Made by a program: the position numbers and the translations under genes. 64,000 nt of DNA from an uncultured Desulfobacter sp. GTDB lineage: Bacteria; Desulfobacterota; Desulfobacteria; Desulfobacterales; Desulfobacteraceae. A model generated the notes under the pieces. That model ran no database searches. It worked only from the letters and a program-made list of their open reading frames with translations, and had not been told where the DNA came from. Location: positions 2,300,544 to 2,364,543 of the forward strand of contig OY762929.1 in NCBI GenBank assembly GCA_963666675.1, read 5' to 3'. Positions 58,753 through 64,000 of this stretch are shown here, one piece after another (position 1 is the first letter of the stretch; each line of letters starts with the position of its first letter).

Positions 58753-60474
58753 ATGCCTTTAATCAAAGAGGACAATATAGGTATAATCAGCTTTATCAGT
58801 TCGACAATCCTTATTGTTCTGCTGACATCTATTCTCGGGGGCATTTTTCTTCGTGATCAGCACCGTCATTTTCAGGAGGATCTGCAAAAGGTTGGAACCA
58901 ATTTTTTCCATATGCAAAAAGAACGGCTGCGGTCAGAGGTCAAAATGCAGATTAGAAGCATTAATGCGTGGCACGAAAATGCCAGACAAAGATTGAGGTC
59001 CACCATTAAGGCCCGCACGAATGAGGCCTATGCCGTTGCAGAGAACCTTTACGAACAGAACAAAGAGAAACGACCCGAGGAAGTACAGGCGCTCATCAGG
59101 GAAGCGCTCAGACCTATCAGGTTTAATGGCGGCCGTGGCTATTTTTTTATCAGAGACACCCAGGGTCCTTTTGTCCTTTACCCGCCGAATACTAAAATTG
59201 AAGGGCCGCATGCCAAGTTGTTACCCCACCAGGACAGGAAAGAATTGTCCCAAAAAATTAATGCGCTGATTCTTACAAAAGGCGAGGGGTTTATCGAATA
59301 TCAATGGCCCAAACCCGGGGGCAATGAACATGAACTTTTTGAAAAAATGACCTTTGTAAAACATTTTAAGCCGTTTGGGTGGAGCATTGGTACCGGCGAA
59401 TATCTTTTTAATTTTGAATCATTAGTACAAAAATCCATCATCGACACACTTAACAGCATTCTTCCATCCGATACCGCCCCTGAGTACATTTTTATTTACA
59501 AGCTTCATGACATGAATGGCGGCAATGCATTTGCAACAATGCTGGTTAACCCCAATCGCCCCGATCTTATTGGCAAGAAAGTTTCTGATAACTATACGGA
59601 CACACATGGCAAAATGTTCCGAAGAGAGATGCTTAAAGGTATCCGTGACTCAGGAGAGGCGTTTGTCTCTTACTGGTATAAAAAGCCGGGGTATGAGGAA
59701 CCGGGCTCGAAATTGAGCTATTTTAAATATTATCCCCAATGGCAATGGATTGTGGCAAAAGGCATTTCCCTTGATGATATGAATAAACGCATCAACAAAA
59801 TGCAAAAAAATCTTAATCAGGAGAGAAGAAATACGATTCGTAATTTTATATATTTTATTGTTATATCTTCAGTAAGTTTTCTGATTTTGGGTTACATTTT
59901 TTCCAAGGGCATCCACAGACTCTTTTGGGGGTACAAAGCGATAATGGAAGACCAGCAGGACGAATTGAAGCGTGTTAATGCCGAATTAAAGAGTCAATCC
60001 ATTACCGATCCGTTGACATCGTTGTACAACAAAGGATATTTCAACGACCATCTTGACATCGAGATTGCCCGTTCCTTACGCCATGGTTCTGCGCTCTCCC
60101 TTATTGTGTTTGATATTGATAAATTCAAAATAATTAATGATAGTTACGGCCATCTTGTCGGAGATGATGTCCTTAAAGCGTTGGCCGATCTGTGTCAAAT
60201 AAATATTCGGGCGTCGGACATCTTTGCCCGTTGGGGCGGCGAGGAGTTCGTGGTTCTTTCGCCTGAAAGCGACAAAGAAAACACGATTGTTTTTGCAGAG
60301 AAATTGCGAAGATTGATAGAAGGATATTCTTTTTTGATCCCATTGCAAGTGACCTGTAGTTTCGGCGTCACGGAATATAAAGAAGGCGACAGTGCTGATT
60401 CTATCATACATAGAGCAGACCAGGCACTTTATACGGCAAAGCAAGAAGGCAGAAACAAGGTCGTTTTTTTGTAA
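58753..60474 (+). CDS. diguanylate cyclase (GGDEF) with N-terminal TM + Cache-like periplasmic sensor domain
   Basis: 573 aa. RWGGEEF active-site motif, I-site RxxD present, double-Cache-like repeats (YFFIRD..., FVSYWY...). Confidence 0.75.
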   Translation: MPLIKEDNIGIISFISSTILIVLLTSILGGIFLRDQHRHFQEDLQKVGTNFFHMQKERLRSEVKMQIRSINAWHENARQRLRSTIKARTNEAYAVAENLYEQNKEKRPEEVQALIREALRPIRFNGGRGYFFIRDTQGPFVLYPPNTKIEGPHAKLLPHQDRKELSQKINALILTKGEGFIEYQWPKPGGNEHELFEKMTFVKHFKPFGWSIGTGEYLFNFESLVQKSIIDTLNSILPSDTAPEYIFIYKLHDMNGGNAFATMLVNPNRPDLIGKKVSDNYTDTHGKMFRREMLKGIRDSGEAFVSYWYKKPGYEEPGSKLSYFKYYPQWQWIVAKGISLDDMNKRINKMQKNLNQERRNTIRNFIYFIVISSVSFLILGYIFSKGIHRLFWGYKAIMEDQQDELKRVNAELKSQSITDPLTSLYNKGYFNDHLDIEIARSLRHGSALSLIVFDIDKFKIINDSYGHLVGDDVLKALADLCQINIRASDIFARWGGEEFVVLSPESDKENTIVFAEKLRRLIEGYSFLIPLQVTCSFGVTEYKEGDSADSIIHRADQALYTAKQEGRNKVVFL

Positions 60475-60587
60475 CACCGTTAATACGAATTGGGTCCCGT
60501 TCTTTTGGTGGTAAAGGTTAAAAGTTCAGAATTCCCTGGTTGAGGCCGATAATAAAAAGAAACACCAAACAGGGGGGGGGATGGACA

Positions 60588-61121
60588 ATGACAAATGTGC
60601 CTGGCGGTCTAAATTCCTTTACGGGAATGGATTTTACATTATTTCAGTCACGCAACAGGGTCACAGGAAATAATTCGGGTTCAAACGTATCAATGGAGGC
60701 TGAGATTATACAATTCAGTCTGGAAGTCAGAACAGGTACCCGGCAAAATTTTGGTACCCAGGATGCCCTTGCTCGGTTTAACCAGCTTGATCCGGCGCTC
60801 AAATCATCTTTGACCTATAACGGTAAACCCATTGCCGAATTATCCCCGGAGCAGGCCGGCGAACTTGTCAGTGAAGATGGATATTTCGGCGTGAATCAGA
60901 CATCCCAGCGCATCGCTGATTTTGTCATCATGGGGGCCGGCGATGATATGGAACGGTTGAAAGCCGGACGGGAAGGGGTCCTTCAAGGGTTTGAAGAGGC
61001 GGAAAAAGCCTGGGGAAGCAAATTGCCGGACATTTCATATGAAACCCTGGCAAGAACCCTGGAAACCATTGACGAAAAAATCCGGGAGAATGGCGGCTCA
61101 GTTGTAGACGTGAGTGTTTAA
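60588..61121 (+). CDS. hypothetical protein (start uncertain; ORF track 60540)
   Basis: ORF with reasonable codon usage, preceded by a G8 run. No motif recognised. Confidence 0.3.
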   Translation: MTNVPGGLNSFTGMDFTLFQSRNRVTGNNSGSNVSMEAEIIQFSLEVRTGTRQNFGTQDALARFNQLDPALKSSLTYNGKPIAELSPEQAGELVSEDGYFGVNQTSQRIADFVIMGAGDDMERLKAGREGVLQGFEEAEKAWGSKLPDISYETLARTLETIDEKIRENGGSVVDVSV

Positions 61122-61206
61122 GCACTCGCAATTGTATAAAATGATGGAACGAATAAATGCCAAGCCCTCACCCTCATGCGTCCGGATCAAGGCCCGGCAT
61201 ATTCTA

Positions 61207-62085
61207 TCATTTCAAACCCGGGCCACCGTCCATGGTGCGTATTGTTCCATACTCTGCCGGACGCCGGTCCCGGAACAGGCCCCAGCCCGCCCGCATGTTT
61301 TCAATTTCCTTAAAATCAAACGAGACGATTTTAATATCTTGGGTTTCACGGTCACACTGGGCAAGTATCTCTCCGGTGTTGCCGGTGATAAACGAGGTGC
61401 CGTAAAAGGTGATTTTAACATCCTGGTCGTTTTCAGTGCCGATTCTGTTGGATGCACACACCGGCATCACATTGGCCGCTGAATGGCCCTGCATGGTTCG
61501 TTGCCAGTGGGGCTGGGAATCATATCCGGGCATTTTGGGTTCAGACCCGATGGCCGTGGGGTACATCAAAATATCCGCCCCCATCAGTGCCATGCTGCGG
61601 GCCGTTTCCGGAAACCACTGGTCCCAGCAGATGCCGACCCCTACCTTGCCGAACCGGGTGCGCCACACCTTGAAGCCTGTATCGCCCGGGCTGAAATAAA
61701 ATTTCTCTTCATAGCCCGGCCCCTGGGGAATGTGAGTTTTGCGATAGATCCCCAGGACAGCGCCGTCGGCATCAATCATGGCCACACTGTTGAAATAGGC
61801 CTGGCCGGCCCGTTCAAAAAAGCTGATGGGCAGCACCACGCCAAGATCCTTGGCCAAACGGCTGAACCGTTTGATCAGGTCACTGTCTTCTGCGTTCTGG
61901 GCCAGGGAAAAATAGCTGAAATCCTGCACCTTGCAAAAATAGGGGCCCGAAAACAGCTCCTGGAGCAGGATGATGTTGGCGCCTTGGGCAGCCGCATCCC
62001 GTACAATCGTTTCCGCCTTTTGAGCATTGGTTTCATAAGTGTTGCTGCAGGTCATCTGGGTGACTGCGACGTTGACTTTTTCCAT
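61207..62085 (-). CDS. aguB: N-carbamoylputrescine amidase (carbon-nitrogen hydrolase family)
   Basis: 292 aa. CN-hydrolase catalytic triad context (E...K...GVGICWD C) and synteny with agmatine deiminase. Confidence 0.75.
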   Translation of the reverse strand: MEKVNVAVTQMTCSNTYETNAQKAETIVRDAAAQGANIILLQELFSGPYFCKVQDFSYFSLAQNAEDSDLIKRFSRLAKDLGVVLPISFFERAGQAYFNSVAMIDADGAVLGIYRKTHIPQGPGYEEKFYFSPGDTGFKVWRTRFGKVGVGICWDQWFPETARSMALMGADILMYPTAIGSEPKMPGYDSQPHWQRTMQGHSAANVMPVCASNRIGTENDQDVKITFYGTSFITGNTGEILAQCDRETQDIKIVSFDFKEIENMRAGWGLFRDRRPAEYGTIRTMDGGPGLK

Positions 62086-62096
62086 GTTCCCTTCCT

Positions 62097-63203
62097 TTAA
62101 AACGGTGGCAGAGCAGTGCCCGAGGGCTGCTGCTGGGTGATACAGTGTATCCCGCCGCCGCCGGCAAAAAGCGGCAGGCTCGGTATCTGGATAACAGTGC
62201 GGTCCGGGAAAATGGCCTGCATCATCTCTTTTGCCTGGTCATCTGCCGGGTCATTAAATGCGGACATGATAATGGCGCCATTGGGCATATAAAAATTAAT
62301 ATATGAGAGATCCATGCGTTCTCCGTTCCATTTTTGAATCGCAGGTTGGGGAATATCTATGATTTCCAAGGTATTGCCTGGGGCGTCAACAGCGCCTGCA
62401 AGCCTTTGTTCGGCATCCCGGGTCACAGCAAAGTTGGGGTCATCCGGATCAATGCATTTATGTAGCAGCATCTGCCCCGGACGTGCAAATGTAGCCAGGA
62501 TATCCACATGGCCTGTGGTCTCATCCCCGTCAAGACCATTGGCCAGCCACAACACCTTATCAATGCCTAGATAGGTCTTAAAAAGGGCTTCAAAGTCGGC
62601 TTTTGTAAATCCCACGTTGCGCTTGGGGTCCAGCAGACACTGCTCGGTAGTGATCAGGGTGCCCTGACCGTCCACATGGATGGAACCGCCTTCCAGGATA
62701 AAGGGGGCGGTGTACCGGCGCATGGACAAGGTGCGCAATACGTCAATGGCCATGGCCTCATCGCAGGGGCCGGTGATGGGATAGTGTCCCCATCCGGTAA
62801 AGACCCAGTCGATCCCGGCGACGTTTCCTTTTTTATCCCGTACAAAGGTCGGTGCACTGTCCCTGGCCCAGGAGTCAAAGCATGTGGCATCGACCAGGGT
62901 AACGCAGTTGCCAAGAAGGTTTTGCGCCTCATCCCGCTGTGCCGGGTTGACCAGCATGTAGACGGGCTCAAAATCGGCAATGGCCCGGGCCACCTTTGCA
63001 TATGTTTGCTTGGCCTCGGCCAGCACCCCCTTGAAACATTCTTCAGAGCAGGGCCAAGCCATCCAGCAGGCATCATGCTGTTCCCATTCAGCCGGCATGG
63101 TCAGGCCGTCACTTTGGGGGGTGCGCACCGGAATAGAGAAAAAACCGTTTGCCGGGGGGCCTGCCAGGGGGTGGTCCCCCTGGATCTGTATAAGTTGTGT
63201 CAT
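62097..63203 (-). CDS. aguA: agmatine deiminase
   Basis: 368 aa. AguA/PAD-family motifs (MPAEWEQHDACWMAWP; C-terminal ...GGGIHCITQQQP catalytic Cys). Confidence 0.75.
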   Translation of the reverse strand: MTQLIQIQGDHPLAGPPANGFFSIPVRTPQSDGLTMPAEWEQHDACWMAWPCSEECFKGVLAEAKQTYAKVARAIADFEPVYMLVNPAQRDEAQNLLGNCVTLVDATCFDSWARDSAPTFVRDKKGNVAGIDWVFTGWGHYPITGPCDEAMAIDVLRTLSMRRYTAPFILEGGSIHVDGQGTLITTEQCLLDPKRNVGFTKADFEALFKTYLGIDKVLWLANGLDGDETTGHVDILATFARPGQMLLHKCIDPDDPNFAVTRDAEQRLAGAVDAPGNTLEIIDIPQPAIQKWNGERMDLSYINFYMPNGAIIMSAFNDPADDQAKEMMQAIFPDRTVIQIPSLPLFAGGGGIHCITQQQPSGTALPPF

Positions 63204-63227
63204 ATATCTTCTTTTATCCTGACTGGT

Positions 63228-64000
63228 TTAGATGGTTGTGTTTACCATGACATGTTTGGTCACCAAGTAATCGCCAACAGCTTCTGCGGAGAGATCCTTG
63301 CCGAAACCCGACTGCTTGAACCCGCCATGGGGCGCTTCGGATACCAGGGGCAGGTGGTCGTTCACCCACACGCATCCAAATTCCAGGGCCTTGGCCATCC
63401 GCATGGAACGTGCCACATCATGGGTAAATATAGAAGATGCCAGGCCAAATACCGTATCGTTGGCCATGGCCAAGGCTTCTGATTCCTCTTTAAAGGTCTG
63501 GATGGTGATCACAGGTCCGAATACCTCTTTTTGCACGATTTCAGAGGTTTGCGCAACATTATTGATCACAGTGGGCGCATAAAAGTAACCCGGTCCGTCA
63601 AGGATTTTGCCGCCGCAAAGGATGCCTGCACCCGCTGCCTTGGCCCGCTGTACAAATCCGTCTACCGATTTCAAATGGGCTTTGGAAATCATGGAACCCA
63701 TTTCCGTGGCGCTGTCAAAGGGATTACCCACCTTCACGGCGTTCATGGCTGCCACAAGGGCCTCAGTCACCTGATCCACGCAGGATTCGTGGCAGATGAT
63801 CCGGGTGGCTGCGGTGCAGTCCTGGCCGGAATTGCAAAAGGCGCCTAAAGAGACCTTTTCTGCCACAAGTTCGGGTTTGGCGTCTTCAAATACTACCACC
63901 GGGGCCTTGCCGCCCAGTTCCAGGTGAACGCGCTTGATGGATTCGGCGGAACTTTGCATGATGGCAGCCCCGGTGCTGGTGGCACCGGTCACCGAAATCA
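63228..64000 (-). CDS. NAD(P)-dependent aldehyde dehydrogenase (C-terminal 257 aa; gene continues beyond window end)
   Basis: ALDH catalytic region ...ELGGKAP.VVF.DA... and FCNSGQDCTAATR (catalytic Cys). Likely aminobutyraldehyde DH completing the agmatine-to-GABA route. Confidence 0.7.
   Translation of the reverse strand, partial: ISVTGATSTGAAIMQSSAESIKRVHLELGGKAPVVVFEDAKPELVAEKVSLGAFCNSGQDCTAATRIICHESCVDQVTEALVAAMNAVKVGNPFDSATEMGSMISKAHLKSVDGFVQRAKAAGAGILCGGKILDGPGYFYAPTVINNVAQTSEIVQKEVFGPVITIQTFKEESEALAMANDTVFGLASSIFTHDVARSMRMAKALEFGCVWVNDHLPLVSEAPHGGFKQSGFGKDLSAEAVGDYLVTKHVMVNTTI

Overview
Chromosomal window that looks deltaproteobacterial (Desulfobacterales-like), about 48% GC, with core and accessory regions interleaved. 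Features are listed left to right.

(1) 1-7.5 kb: a minus-strand type IVb-pilus/T2SS-like operon. It holds a PilT/GspE-family ATPase (partial), a GspM/PilO-like protein, a GspL-like PilM-PilN fusion, and three unusually large (pseudo)pilins with long class-III leader peptides.

(2) 7.7-19 kb: a Crp-family regulator, DAHP synthase, a tandem RidA-domain protein, a VKOR-DsbA fusion, and an imelysin-DUF1111 di-haem-imelysin cluster. Two paralogous small proteins of unknown function are also here. Four perfect or near-perfect TGTGA-N6-TCACA palindromes lie in this stretch, which suggests a local Crp-type regulon.

(3) 19.9-23.4 kb: a pqiABC-like (PqiA/MCE/lipoprotein) envelope transport operon.

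(4) 23.5-40.3 kb: an RNA-repair island. An AT-rich region leads into rtcB2-prfH (the release-factor-H-coupled RtcB). This converges on a canonical SPFH-rtcA-rtcB operon with a divergent CARF/sigma54 regulator rtcR. hicAB and a degenerate tRNA-like element are also present. Two near-identical 2598-bp IS66-family copies (tnpA-tnpB-tnpC) split the SPFH gene and a selO gene.

(5) 40-44 kb: an OYE reductase and a cNMP/CBS/DUF294 nucleotidyltransferase.

(6) 44.5-50.2 kb: a secreted protein built from 525-bp near-identical tandem repeats with a dockerin-like C-terminus. A roughly 3-kb transposon (zinc-ribbon protein, DDE transposase, AAA+ ATPase) has split it.

(7) 50-64 kb: MFS remnants, a CdsA-like/metallophosphoesterase fusion, an ORF6N protein, tungsten-type aldehyde:ferredoxin oxidoreductase with a ModA-like binding protein, an MCP, a GGDEF cyclase, and aguA-aguB-aldehyde dehydrogenase (partial).

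A dispersed REP/MITE-like repeat with a GTCAGGTCGGCCCATGGC core occurs at three loci.

All calls are from reading the sequence and the six-frame translations. No database searches were run.
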